Shown here in pieces: positions 37,210 to 47,244 of a DNA stretch of 64,000 bases. Each line of letters opens with the position of its first letter. The stretch's first letter is position 1. Below the pieces are notes generated by a model. It had not been told where the DNA came from. It did no database searches and worked only from the letters and a program-made list of their open reading frames with translations. Both the position numbers and the translations under genes were made by a program. The DNA is from Terriglobia bacterium (lineage in GTDB: Bacteria; Acidobacteriota; Terriglobia; 20CM-2-55-15): positions 744,231 to 808,230 of the forward strand of contig CBDCFM010000021.1 of the NCBI GenBank assembly GCA_965216035.1, written 5' to 3'.

Positions 37210-38319
37210 TCATTCGAGTTGTGCGGTTTCGCTCGGCCCTGAATCGAGTTCCTTGCGCGTAAACGATTGATTCAGATGGAGTTGTGTGAACTCGATCTCG
37301 TCTACACCACCGAATACGAGACCCGGGTAACGCGTTTTCATATAGATGCGGAAGCCACCGAAGACCAAACCGACGATCAGAGTGAAAGCGAGTGCAAGTC
37401 CGATGAACCTGAATATGGTCAGGATCATGTGGGGAAGTGTCAGAGGATCCGGAAGCGATTCGATCCAAGTCACTTCAGATTGATAATTCAGAACCGACAT
37501 GATCGACTCCGACAACTCATCGCTGTCGCTGTCAATGAGGATGGCAAACAGGGGGCCGGATCTCGTGTGGGGCAAATCACCTTCGAAATTTGCAAGCCAA
37601 GCTTCAGAATGCCGCTCGGCCACTTGTTGTGTCGGGTAGAGCAACATGGCCAGTCGGGCTGAGCCGCCGGGTTGTGAGTACTCGGCAAGGGCGACTTCCA
37701 CGTTGTTGTCAAAGCCGAGCTCCCCTGGATCGAGACCCGTAAGCGTATCGAAGGTTGTTGACGTCAGGATGTACTTTTCAGACTCGGCCACACGGCCTGC
37801 CGCCGGTAGGAGCAGCGACACGGGAGCCTTTCTTGATCGGCCCATAACGTGGTCGGCGATTGTCTTTCCAAGGGTGTCCGTCGGCTGGGGTAACCCGGTC
37901 AGGCGGACGACGTAATTGGATTGCCAGAGCACCAACATGTCGTTAGTGCGGTAGCTCTCCGCCCCGACGACTGCTGGCTCGAAGCCGCGCATCTGCCAAT
38001 CACGCTCCAAGCTGAAGAGACCATAAGAGGCTGTGGAATCGACCATTTCCAAGAGCGTGATTCCCACCGTTTCATCGTTTGACGCGAGTTCCAGCCGGGA
38101 AGCTCCAATCAGGCCGTAATCGAGGACGCTTGACACGCTATCCCCGACCAGGATTTCGATGTTGCCGGCAGTGTAGTCGACGGGCCCGGCTTCGAGGCTC
38201 CAAGCAGAATCCTCCAGTATCAAACCAATAAGAGTTTCTCGGTTCTGAGCTGTGAGGGACCCGGAAAACAAAAGAAGAATGGCCGCAACAATCTTGACCA
38301 ATTGCCTGGAGGTCTTCAT
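37210..38319 (-). CDS. Hypothetical exported protein with a C-terminal TM anchor
   Basis: Signal peptide MKTSRQLVKIVAAILLLFSGSLTA and C-terminal helix ILTIFRFIGLALAFTLIVGLVFGGF. Confidence 0.5.
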   Translation of the reverse strand: MKTSRQLVKIVAAILLLFSGSLTAQNRETLIGLILEDSAWSLEAGPVDYTAGNIEILVGDSVSSVLDYGLIGASRLELASNDETVGITLLEMVDSTASYGLFSLERDWQMRGFEPAVVGAESYRTNDMLVLWQSNYVVRLTGLPQPTDTLGKTIADHVMGRSRKAPVSLLLPAAGRVAESEKYILTSTTFDTLTGLDPGELGFDNNVEVALAEYSQPGGSARLAMLLYPTQQVAERHSEAWLANFEGDLPHTRSGPLFAILIDSDSDELSESIMSVLNYQSEVTWIESLPDPLTLPHMILTIFRFIGLALAFTLIVGLVFGGFRIYMKTRYPGLVFGGVDEIEFTQLHLNQSFTRKELDSGPSETAQLE

Positions 38320-38362
38320 TGGTTTAACAGCCCTACAGGGTTGTCCCACAGGCTGGGGGAAT

Positions 38363-40039
38363 TCAGTCCCGGGCCTGAGCCGTTTCGAAGCCGCTCAGGG
38401 TTTCTGCGTACGATCGTACGCCTTGAAACAGTGCCTCGGTAATCTGTTCGCGCCGTTCTGTCCCTTTGAGCTGTCGTTCGTCGTCGGGATTGCTGATGAA
38501 GGAGACTTCAGCAAGGATCGAAGGCATGTTGGCTCCGATCAGCACCACAAACGGAGCCTGCTTCACGCCCCGGTCTTTCCCGAAGTCCGGCGCCGAAGCC
38601 AGTGCCCTCTGCACGTGGGCAGCGAACTCCCTCGATTCATCCACCTTGTCTCGAAGCATTATCTTGCTGACGATATCCTGGAGTTCGAAAATTGACTGGG
38701 CGGAGGCGGCGTTTTCTCGCGCTGCGACTTCGGAATCTTCTCGGGTGGTCGAAAAATTGAGGAAGTAGGTTTCATATCCGCGGATCGACTGACTGTCACT
38801 TGAGTTGGCGTGTACGGACAGAAACAGATCGGCTTCCGCCTGATTCGCCATGGCGGTACGGGTCTCCAGCGGTACGAAGGAGTCATCTTCCCGTGTCAGG
38901 ACGACCTCTGCGTCCATTGCTGATTCGATACGCTCTTTCAGCCGATGCGCAATGTCGAGAACCAGGTCCTTTTCAGTCAGCCCACTTGGACCGATCGTTC
39001 CCGTATCCCGCCCCCCATGGCCCGGATCGATGACGACCCGCCCGACCTTCAGGCCCAGGCTGCGAATGAGGGAATGGTCTCCGTTCTCCGTCGGCTCTGC
39101 CGGAATCAGCGTGCGCTCAACTCCTCGGTCGACCGATTCCGTTTCCGGCTCTCGCCGGGTTTCAACCCCAACTTCGGCCACTTCCGTCACAGGTTCCCGC
39201 AAAGTCAGAGCTTCCGTTGGCGCCGGTTGGTCGGTGGCGCCCAGGACGTCAATGACCAGTCGATTGGGATCACGAAGCGTAAATAATGTTGTTACGCTAT
39301 TCAGCTGCACCAGGTCCAGAACGATGCGAACCGTATCTGCTTCGTACTGTCCCACACGGATGTTCTTCAGGATGACCGATTCGATCGGCAGGGCGCGTTG
39401 CTCAAGGGATGCCCCGACGCGCGAGTTCGCTAGGTCGACGAAAATTCGAGGAGGGTCCTCAACCTCCCCCCGGGTAAAGGCGGCTTCTCCACTCATGTCG
39501 ACGACCACCCGTACGGATTTTTGTGACTCCCAGTAGCGGACGTTGTCAATGGAAACTGTAGCCGGAGAATCGGGGGCTGCCCTCGGGTCCTCAGTGACGC
39601 TTCTAGCCTCTTCGAATATCTCTTCATTACCCGGGCTCATGCGCTCGATATCAGCACGGGCAGTGGGCAGGAATCGGGATGAGGGATACTCCCGGACCAG
39701 GAACCGCAGAGTCGTGATGGCGTCTTTCGAATCTCCGATTTCTTCGTAGAGCGCTGCGATATTGACAAGGGCGTCGTCTGCATAGCCAGTGTGAGGCGTG
39801 ATCAGGTAGACGCGTTCGTAAAGCCGGATCAACCGGAGATACTCGGCCCGGGATCGGTCTGCAACGGGTTTTTCCTTGAGTGCTATATCCTCGTTCTGTG
39901 ACGCCAGGTAGGCCTGACCTGCCTGGTCTCTTAAAGGGGTTTGCGACCAGGCGGTGGACGCAGATACCAGTCCAATCAACAGCACGGAGATGGGCTTGGA
40001 CAGTTGCTTACGTTTCAGTCGTCGTCCGGTCATAATCAC
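38363..40039 (-). CDS. amiC: N-acetylmuramoyl-L-alanine amidase (TPR-like N-terminus, AMIN domain, Amidase_3)
   Basis: VVIDPGHGGRDTG…LFLSVHANS is the amidase_3 zinc site. An AMIN-like beta domain lies upstream (VSIDNVRYWE…VRIVLDL). Confidence 0.85.
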   Translation of the reverse strand: MIMTGRRLKRKQLSKPISVLLIGLVSASTAWSQTPLRDQAGQAYLASQNEDIALKEKPVADRSRAEYLRLIRLYERVYLITPHTGYADDALVNIAALYEEIGDSKDAITTLRFLVREYPSSRFLPTARADIERMSPGNEEIFEEARSVTEDPRAAPDSPATVSIDNVRYWESQKSVRVVVDMSGEAAFTRGEVEDPPRIFVDLANSRVGASLEQRALPIESVILKNIRVGQYEADTVRIVLDLVQLNSVTTLFTLRDPNRLVIDVLGATDQPAPTEALTLREPVTEVAEVGVETRREPETESVDRGVERTLIPAEPTENGDHSLIRSLGLKVGRVVIDPGHGGRDTGTIGPSGLTEKDLVLDIAHRLKERIESAMDAEVVLTREDDSFVPLETRTAMANQAEADLFLSVHANSSDSQSIRGYETYFLNFSTTREDSEVAARENAASAQSIFELQDIVSKIMLRDKVDESREFAAHVQRALASAPDFGKDRGVKQAPFVVLIGANMPSILAEVSFISNPDDERQLKGTERREQITEALFQGVRSYAETLSGFETAQARD

Positions 40040-40048
40040 AGGTGATCG

Positions 40049-40819
40049 CTACTCGACGTTCGAAAAACGCAATACGCCACGGTCATCGAACCTGCTCGAA
40101 ATTGCCCGGTTGGCTGGCGATTCTAATTGGTCTGGCAGAGGCGCGCCGCCGGCCAGTTCCCGAGTCGTTTGGGTCGAAGGAGGGATGTAGACAGCCGATT
40201 GGAATGTCGCCGCGTCGCCCCCACGACGGTCGTAGGCAGACTTCACCCTCCTTACGTAGTTCTGGGTTTCCGGTATGGCCGGTATTCGACCCAGGCGTGC
40301 CACGCGGTTTTCGCCGGAGTTGTACGCGGCCAGCGACAGATCAATGCTTCCTTTGAACATGTCCAACAGGATTTTTAGGTAGCGGACGCCGTCGTCTAAA
40401 TTCTGAGCCGGGTCGAAGAAATCACGGACTCCAAATCGTCGGCCTGTTTCCGGAATCAGTTGCATCAGTCCCATTGCCCCCTTCGGGGACACGGCGCGAC
40501 GGTTGAAATTGGATTCAATTTCTATTACTGACCGAACCAGAGTCGCGTCGACACCGTGCCTGGCTGAGATGCTGTCGATCAGAGAATCCAGGGGGTGGGT
40601 CTGATTCGAAGCTGCACCCCGGCCGGATCCGGTCGTTGGGTTCTGATCAGCTAGAACGGGATCGACAGCCGGTTGCCTGTAGCTGGCAAGGTTCGTGAAC
40701 ACGATCATCCCGTCGCTCCCGACCGACGCCGAAATGCGAGCCTGTCCCCGGCCCTCCTGAGCTGCGCTCAGCAAAGCACCGGCTAGACCGATCGCGAATA
40801 GCCATCGTAAGTTAGGCAT
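40049..40819 (-). CDS. Lytic transglycosylase (SLT domain)
   Basis: GAMGLMQLIPETGRRFGV motif. Confidence 0.8.
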   Translation of the reverse strand: MPNLRWLFAIGLAGALLSAAQEGRGQARISASVGSDGMIVFTNLASYRQPAVDPVLADQNPTTGSGRGAASNQTHPLDSLIDSISARHGVDATLVRSVIEIESNFNRRAVSPKGAMGLMQLIPETGRRFGVRDFFDPAQNLDDGVRYLKILLDMFKGSIDLSLAAYNSGENRVARLGRIPAIPETQNYVRRVKSAYDRRGGDAATFQSAVYIPPSTQTTRELAGGAPLPDQLESPANRAISSRFDDRGVLRFSNVE

Positions 40820-40838
40820 AACCGCTACAGGCGGTGGT

Positions 40839-43478
40839 TTACTCTACCGAATCCGCCACGATATTGTACACTTCTAGAAGAGCTTGATCCAGCTTTCCGG
40901 GCTCTTTCCCTCCGGCCTGGGCAAAGTCTGCTCGACCACCACCGCTGCCTCCGACCAGACCCGCCACTTTCTTGATAATTTTACCAGCGTGGAGTTGCCC
41001 CTGCAGGTCTTCCGATACAGACGTCACCAGAGTTGCCTTTCCGTCGGAGGCCATGCCGAGGACGACGATGCCGGAACCCATTTTCCGACACAGGTTTTCA
41101 GCCAATTCGCGCATCAGTTCTGTATCGACCCCGTCCACCCTTTGCGCTAAGACACGGACGCCCGAAACTGTATTTTCAGTTCGGAGCAGATCTTGGAGTC
41201 TGGAATTGGCTTCTCCGCGCTTTAATCCTGCCAGTGCAGTTTCAGTCTGCTTTTGCTGCTCGAGAATCCTCTCAATGGTTCGCACTAGCTCGGACCGCGG
41301 TGCCTTGAGCCGATCCGAAAGTTCATCAAGGAGTTGTTCGTCCGCATCGAGCCGTTCATAGCTACCCTTACCCGTTACCGCTTCGAGGCGACGGATTCCG
41401 GAGCTGATGCTGCCCTCCGACACGATTTTGAAAAGGCCGATATCGCCGGTCCGACCGGTGTGCGTTCCGCCGCAGAGCTCCATGCTAACTCCAGGCACGG
41501 AAACCACACGTACTTTCTGCTGATATTTTTCTCCGAAGAAGGCAATGGCCCCTGACTCGATCGCGTCGTTGAGCTCCATCACTTCGGTCTCGACCGTGTG
41601 GTTCTCGAGGATGACCCGGTTGATGCATTCCTCAACGTTCTCAATCTCAGCCTTGCCGAGCGGGGCGTAGTGCGTGTAGTCGAAGCGTAGGCGGTCTGCG
41701 GCCACCAGTGAGCCTGCCTGCTTGACATGCACACCCAGGGCATTCCGCAGGGCGGCGTGGAGCAGGTGGGTTCCAGTGTGGTTGGCTGCGATTCGTTTCC
41801 TCCGTGCCATATCAACCCGGGCTTCGACGTCTTCGCCCACCGACAGTCCTCCCACTTCAATCTCCACGCTGTGGACTGTGAGGTCCGGTGCGGGTGAAAA
41901 GGTGTCGACCACCCGGAGGCCCCCAGTCGGAGAAGTCAGACTGCCGGTGTCGCCGACCTGGCCTCCAGATTCAGCGTAGAAGGGCGTTTCCGACAGAATG
42001 ACCTCCGCCTCCCCGCCCTTGCCTTCCACCCTCTGGAGGGACTCGTTTCCACGGATGATCCCCAGCACGTGACTCCGGCTTTTGGTCTTCTCATATCCAA
42101 GAAAAGCTGTTCCGCCCTGCTTGAGGAACTCTTCGTAAGCTGCAGACGTCTTTCGATCGCCTTTCCAGCTCTCTCTCGCCCGTTTTCTCTGCGTGTCCAA
42201 TTCGGCATTGAAACCGTCGATGTCGAGATCCAAGGCTTTTTCGTCCGATATCTCTCGAATGAAATCCAGCGGGAGTCCAAACGTGTCGTACAGCTTGAAC
42301 ACGTCCTTGCCGGAGATGACGTCCTTCCTGGCCGCAAGGGCCCTATCAGCTATTTCCTCCAATTTGCCGATGGCCACGGATACGGTAGCTGAAAAACGCT
42401 GCTCCTCACTTTCGACGACGCGGGATACGTATTCCCGGCTGTTTACCAGGTCGGGATAGGCGTCCTGCATCAGTTCGACGACATGCCGGGTCATGGTATG
42501 GAGAAACGGTTCCTTGTGACCGAGGATGGTGCCTTGTCGAATCCCGCGGCGCATGATTTTCCGCAAGACGTATCCCCGGCCCTCGTTGGACGGAATGATG
42601 CCATCGCTGATAAGAAACGTTGTTGACCGAACGTGGTCAGCAATGATTCTCAGCGATACATCGGTGAGCTGTGACTGGCCGTATCGGACTTCAAAAAGGT
42701 CGACGGTACGATCGATCAGTGAACGCAACAGGTCTGTGTCGAAAACGCTGATCTTGTCCTGCAGGACCGAGGCCATTCGTTCCAGTCCCATGCCTGTGTC
42801 GACGGATGGCAGTGGTAGCCGGTTCAGATCCCCGTCTTCGTTCCGGTCGAACTGCATGAAGACCAGGTTCCAAATTTCGACGTAGCGTCCGCACTCGCAC
42901 GGGAATTTGCAGTCGGTGTGATTTCGCTCGCTGCCTCCGGGCCCGAAATCGAAGTGGAGTTCTGAGCACGGTCCGCATGGTCCGGTCTCGCCCATCTGCC
43001 AGAAGTTGTCCTTCTCGTCCATCCGGAGAATACGTTCCGGATTCACGCCGACGTGATCGCTCCACAATTTTGCAGCTTCGTCGTCCTCGCGGAACACCGT
43101 AATCCAGAGCCTGTCGGGCGGCAACCCGAACTCGTTCGTCAAGAGTTCCCACGCAAATTCCACCGCTTCCTTCTTGAAGTAGTCTCCAAACGAGAAGTTG
43201 CCCAGCATCTCAAAGAACGTGAGGTGCCGGCTCGTGTGCCCAACATTGTCCAGATCGTTGTGTTTGCCTCCGGCGCGGACGCATTTTTGACTACTGGTGG
43301 CACGGGAATAGTGCCTCTTGTCCAGACCCAGGAAAACGTCCTTGAACTGGTTCATGCCTGCATTCACGAAAAGGAGTGTGGGATCTTCGGCGGGAATCAG
43401 GGACGAACTGGAAACGCGTGTGTGACCACGATTCTCGAAAAACTTCAGAAATTGTTTTCGGATGTCGACACTCTTCAT
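40839..43478 (-). CDS. alaS: Alanine--tRNA ligase
   Basis: 879 aa. N-terminus MKSVDIRKQFLKFFENRGH…FVNAGMNQFKDVFLG. Editing-domain HxxxH and C-terminal CGGTH motifs are present. Confidence 0.95.
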   Translation of the reverse strand: MKSVDIRKQFLKFFENRGHTRVSSSSLIPAEDPTLLFVNAGMNQFKDVFLGLDKRHYSRATSSQKCVRAGGKHNDLDNVGHTSRHLTFFEMLGNFSFGDYFKKEAVEFAWELLTNEFGLPPDRLWITVFREDDEAAKLWSDHVGVNPERILRMDEKDNFWQMGETGPCGPCSELHFDFGPGGSERNHTDCKFPCECGRYVEIWNLVFMQFDRNEDGDLNRLPLPSVDTGMGLERMASVLQDKISVFDTDLLRSLIDRTVDLFEVRYGQSQLTDVSLRIIADHVRSTTFLISDGIIPSNEGRGYVLRKIMRRGIRQGTILGHKEPFLHTMTRHVVELMQDAYPDLVNSREYVSRVVESEEQRFSATVSVAIGKLEEIADRALAARKDVISGKDVFKLYDTFGLPLDFIREISDEKALDLDIDGFNAELDTQRKRARESWKGDRKTSAAYEEFLKQGGTAFLGYEKTKSRSHVLGIIRGNESLQRVEGKGGEAEVILSETPFYAESGGQVGDTGSLTSPTGGLRVVDTFSPAPDLTVHSVEIEVGGLSVGEDVEARVDMARRKRIAANHTGTHLLHAALRNALGVHVKQAGSLVAADRLRFDYTHYAPLGKAEIENVEECINRVILENHTVETEVMELNDAIESGAIAFFGEKYQQKVRVVSVPGVSMELCGGTHTGRTGDIGLFKIVSEGSISSGIRRLEAVTGKGSYERLDADEQLLDELSDRLKAPRSELVRTIERILEQQKQTETALAGLKRGEANSRLQDLLRTENTVSGVRVLAQRVDGVDTELMRELAENLCRKMGSGIVVLGMASDGKATLVTSVSEDLQGQLHAGKIIKKVAGLVGGSGGGRADFAQAGGKEPGKLDQALLEVYNIVADSVE

Positions 43479-43900
43479 ATGAACTGTTCTAACTCAAGGA
43501 GAATCTCCTCGGCATCATATCCAAGACGCTCTAGCGATCTGGAAAGACGAGCTGCGTCCTTCTTGCCAAGAGGGGGATCGAGCTTCGAAGTCTTCATTTT
43601 AGCCCTGAGGATTTCTCCAGTCGAAGGCCAATTCTCACGATGTAAAACTTCTTGAATAATGTCTGCGGCAATGCCGTGGAGCTCGAGGTCGGCTTCCAGT
43701 TGCGGTCGGCCCCGGCGTTTGCGACCTCTCACGAAGTTTTCCGCGAAGCGGCCGTCATCCAGGAAACCCTCCGATCTCAGGCGTTCGATGATATCTCCAG
43801 GCACGGTTTCGAACCGTTTTTCGAGCATGAGGCACATTCGGTGAGTGCTGTAGTCGCGTCCAGCCAGCAGTTTCAGAGCATGGCTGTATATTTCGTTCAT
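43475..43900 (-). CDS. recX: Recombination regulator RecX
   Basis: 141 aa helical-repeat protein immediately upstream of alaS, the conserved recX-alaS context. Confidence 0.8.
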   Translation of the reverse strand: MNEIYSHALKLLAGRDYSTHRMCLMLEKRFETVPGDIIERLRSEGFLDDGRFAENFVRGRKRRGRPQLEADLELHGIAADIIQEVLHRENWPSTGEILRAKMKTSKLDPPLGKKDAARLSRSLERLGYDAEEILLELEQFI

Positions 43901-43975
43901 GGAACTGAAATCGGCGACCGGACGTATTCAGGGTCGTATAGTGCCTGGACCCGAGATATCGCCGGTGCAGTCTTG

Positions 43976-44893
43976 TCAGCCTGCGGGGGTCAGCCAGCCA
44001 GCCGGCGCCGGCGCTTTTCCGCTGACGATATCGAAAAATCGAGATTGGATCTGTTCGGTAACCGGGCCTCGCCGACCTGAGCCAACAACGATGCGGTCGA
44101 CGGATCGAATCGGAGTGATTTCGGCCGCGGTTCCGGTGAAGAACAACTCGTCGGCGACATAGAGCCATTCGCGCGGAATTGCCTGCTCCCGAACCGCCAA
44201 TCCAGATTCCTTACAGATCGCCAGGACCGAATCGCGGGTGATTCCGGCAAGAACGGCCTGCGCGAGAGCGGGCGTGTAAAGGATTCCATCACGGACTAGA
44301 AAGATATTTTCGCCGCTTCCTTCGCTCACGAAACCGTCTGTGTCCAAGGCAATGCCTTCCGCGTACCCGTTCGTGACTGCTTCGATTTTGATCAGTTGTG
44401 AATTCAGATAGTGGCCCGCTGCCTTAGCGGTCGCCGGAGACGAGTTTGGTGCGGGTCGCGACCAGGTGGACACGCAAACATCCACTCCGGTTTCCAAGGC
44501 TTCCAGCCCGAGATATGAGCCCCACTCCCAAACTGCGACATAGGTATCGACTGGAACGCCGGCCGGATTGATACCCAAATGCCCATAACCCCGCAACACG
44601 ATAGGTCGGATGTAGCAGGCCTCCATTTGATTGGCTCGAATCGTCTCCAGAACGGCTTCGGTTAGAGCTGCCTGGTTGTAGTCCATATCCAGTCTGTAGA
44701 TCTTTGCAGAGTTGATCAGTCTGCGAATATGGGCATCCAATCTGAACACTACCGAACCCGATGGGGTCTTATAGCAGCGGATGCCCTCGAAGCAGGCAGA
44801 GCCGTAGTGGACGACATGAGACAGCACGTGAATTTGGGCCCTCTCCCAATCTATGAGTTCACCATTACGCCAGATTTGTTTTGATGGAGTCAC
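43976..44893 (-). CDS. ilvE: Branched-chain amino acid aminotransferase
   Basis: MTPSKQIWRNGELIDWERAQIHVLSHVVHYGSACFEGIRCY… matches the fold-type IV PLP enzyme. Confidence 0.9.
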   Translation of the reverse strand: MTPSKQIWRNGELIDWERAQIHVLSHVVHYGSACFEGIRCYKTPSGSVVFRLDAHIRRLINSAKIYRLDMDYNQAALTEAVLETIRANQMEACYIRPIVLRGYGHLGINPAGVPVDTYVAVWEWGSYLGLEALETGVDVCVSTWSRPAPNSSPATAKAAGHYLNSQLIKIEAVTNGYAEGIALDTDGFVSEGSGENIFLVRDGILYTPALAQAVLAGITRDSVLAICKESGLAVREQAIPREWLYVADELFFTGTAAEITPIRSVDRIVVGSGRRGPVTEQIQSRFFDIVSGKAPAPAGWLTPAG

Positions 44894-44992
44894 AGGTCAA
44901 CACCGGGCACGAACAGCCCCTGACTCGCATGTTACACTGAGCCGACCCGTCCAACGGGGAAATTCCGCGCGGGGTCATTAACCTGTACGACC

Positions 44993-45130
44993 CATATTGG
45001 GACCGGTGTTGCGGCCAAACGGTGCCGGATTCCAAGAGTCGACTACGAGACAATGCTCATTGATTGGGAGGGGTCGACGACAACGAAGACGAAGCTGTTT
45101 CGCCGTAACCCTTCCTGCCGATGGGGATTG
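44993..45130. repeat. Copy of the repeat family that is also seen at 51775-52170
   Basis: 'cggccaaacggtgccggattc…acaatgctcattgattgggaggggtcgacgacaacgaagacg…gtttcgccgtaacccttc' aligns with the reverse complement of 51950-52110, with about 85% identity over the shared blocks. Confidence 0.55.
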
Positions 45131-45751
45131 TCGGCAGTGTCTTCTTCGCGAGCCGCCGTCAACAGAAAGACATCGACTTCCGTCGCGCGTCCCGATCACA
45201 CCGGCAAGACCCATCGGCGCAGGTCCCCGTATGGGTGGTACGGGCGACTCGCAGTCCTGTTGTTGATCGCATCAATTGCGGGGTGTGGCTACCGGTTAGC
45301 CGGAGAACGTGTCGATTCAGGTGCTGGGCAGACGTTAGCCGTTCCCGTTTTTCGAAACCTCACGACGGAATTCCGAATCGAACAGCAGTTGACCGCCGCT
45401 GTCCGCCGCGAACTGATTCGGCGGACGCGCTATCGGGTGACGCCCACCCGAAACGGCGACGTCATTCTTGCCGGAGAAGTCCTGGGGATTAATTCGATTC
45501 CAATCATTTTCACCGCCCAGGGGCGTGGAACGGCTTACACCGTGGCCGTAGATGTCCGTGTCCGCGTGACCGATTCCGCCGACGGCAGCATTCTGTTTCA
45601 AAACGATCGATGGACGTTCAGCGAGGTATTCGAGCTTTCGAATGACTCAGAAGCATTCGTTGCTGAGGATTCTGCGGCTATCGATCGTCTGGCCCGTCAA
45701 TTCGCTTCTTCACTCGTCGCGTCGCTCGCTTACGTAAACCCCAACCCGTGA
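45053..45751 (+). CDS. lptE: LPS-assembly lipoprotein LptE (RlpB); true start uncertain, probably near 45230-45260
   Basis: Lipobox LLIASIAGCG, a conserved lptE-holA arrangement, and a C-terminal LptE-like beta-sandwich. The 5' ~180 nt of the ORF-track entry lie over the repeat and are probably not coding. There is no in-frame ATG/GTG before the signal peptide; an ATG at 45231 is in the +1 frame. Confidence 0.55.
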   Translation: MLIDWEGSTTTKTKLFRRNPSCRWGLSAVSSSRAAVNRKTSTSVARPDHTGKTHRRRSPYGWYGRLAVLLLIASIAGCGYRLAGERVDSGAGQTLAVPVFRNLTTEFRIEQQLTAAVRRELIRRTRYRVTPTRNGDVILAGEVLGINSIPIIFTAQGRGTAYTVAVDVRVRVTDSADGSILFQNDRWTFSEVFELSNDSEAFVAEDSAAIDRLARQFASSLVASLAYVNPNP

Positions 45752-46701
45752 AATTTTCCGAATTTCGAGAACATACGCAGGCAGGTTCGAGCCACGTCTA
45801 TCTGTTCGTTTGCGAGGACGACTTTCTCGTCGAGGAATCCAAGACAACCTGGAGGCGCATGTTCGGAGGGGACTGGGATTTTGAGAACCTGACCGTAAGG
45901 GAATTCGAATCCATAGATTCTTCAGAGTTAATGGAGTCTGCACTGAGCCCGCCGCTTTTCGGTCCGGCGCGGGCGATCCTGGTTTCGAACGCCAACAAGA
46001 TCACAAAAAAGCGACTGGAGGACATCGGCCGCATCGTAGAAGTCGAACAGTCCTGGCTGAAGATAGTTCTGGTGGTGGATTCCCGGCTCTCGACGATCCT
46101 CAGAAAGACAGCGATTCCTGTAATCGCAATCGACCCTTTGCGGGCCGGAGATGCAGTTCGATGGCTCCGTGACCAGTATGGCGTGTCGTCCGATGTGGGG
46201 CGACATCTGGTCGAAAACATCGGGACGGAACTACAGATGCTCCATGCGGAAATGGAGAAGCTGACGATCTATCTGCGAGGGGCCCGTCCGCCGAAAATCC
46301 TGGATGTCGACCAGCTGATCCTGCGCTCGGAACAATTCGGTCCATTCGAGCTGGACGATGCCTTTCTCGAAGGAGACTATCCCCGGGCTGTGCGAGTAGT
46401 GGGTGCGATGACCGATGAAGGCGTCGTCCCGGTCCTGATCCTGTCTCGGATCGTCCGGGTTTGGCGGCAGATATTCGTGGGGAAGGTGCTGGCGGGTCGA
46501 GCTGCACCCGGCGACATTGCTAAGGCAGCCTCCGTGCCCCCCTGGAAAGTCGCCACGCTCGTCAACGCGTGCAGCCGATTCCAGTGGGAACGCGTCGTCG
46601 AAGGTTTCGCCTTGCTCATCCGTGCGGACCGGGCATTCAAGACGTCGTCCCCTGACCCGGAATTCTATTTTGATGTGATGCTGTGGAAGCTGATGCGATA
46701 G
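45748..46701 (+). CDS. holA: DNA polymerase III delta subunit
   Basis: 317 aa, HolA-like N-terminus, and the ATG overlaps the lptE stop. Confidence 0.8.
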   Translation: MKFSEFREHTQAGSSHVYLFVCEDDFLVEESKTTWRRMFGGDWDFENLTVREFESIDSSELMESALSPPLFGPARAILVSNANKITKKRLEDIGRIVEVEQSWLKIVLVVDSRLSTILRKTAIPVIAIDPLRAGDAVRWLRDQYGVSSDVGRHLVENIGTELQMLHAEMEKLTIYLRGARPPKILDVDQLILRSEQFGPFELDDAFLEGDYPRAVRVVGAMTDEGVVPVLILSRIVRVWRQIFVGKVLAGRAAPGDIAKAASVPPWKVATLVNACSRFQWERVVEGFALLIRADRAFKTSSPDPEFYFDVMLWKLMR

Positions 46702-46751
46702 CCGCTCTCAAGCCCGACGGCGCCGAGCGCGAAGCAGCATCAAGAGAGCTT

Positions 46752-47018
46752 TCAAGCGGCTATGGCGTTGACACGACGATTTATTCTGGACTTGTACCGC
46801 TGGGCCGTGTTTGCCTTAATCACGCCTTTTTGAACGGACTTGTCGATCAGGCTGAAGGTCTTCCTCATCACCACCCGAGCCTCGTCGTTCTTGCCGTCCG
46901 AGATCGCCATCTTCAGCTTCTTCAGCTGGGTCCTCAGCTTTTGGCGATTCATCTGATTTATCAGCCGTCGACCCTGATTCTGCCTGTTCCGCTTGAGTGC
47001 GGATGCGTGGTTAGCCAT
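46752..47018 (-). CDS. rpsT: 30S ribosomal protein S20
   Basis: MANHASALKRNRQNQGRR…. Confidence 0.95.
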   Translation of the reverse strand: MANHASALKRNRQNQGRRLINQMNRQKLRTQLKKLKMAISDGKNDEARVVMRKTFSLIDKSVQKGVIKANTAQRYKSRINRRVNAIAA

Positions 47019-47244
47019 CTATGATTACCTCAAACCCTACATGCTAGCAGTCCGGGCACTTTTCAGTCAATGAGGGGTTGTGGGAGGTCAATCTATTGTC
47101 CTCCGAACTCCCAACTCTCTCGGTCTCACCCTGCGTGGGGAGGTTCGACCCACGCACTGTAATGTCGCTGTGGCCTTCCGGGGACCGCCTGCCCTCTTCA
47201 AGCCGCGTGATATAATCCGTTGCCAGATTCAGAACTCGCCAAGA

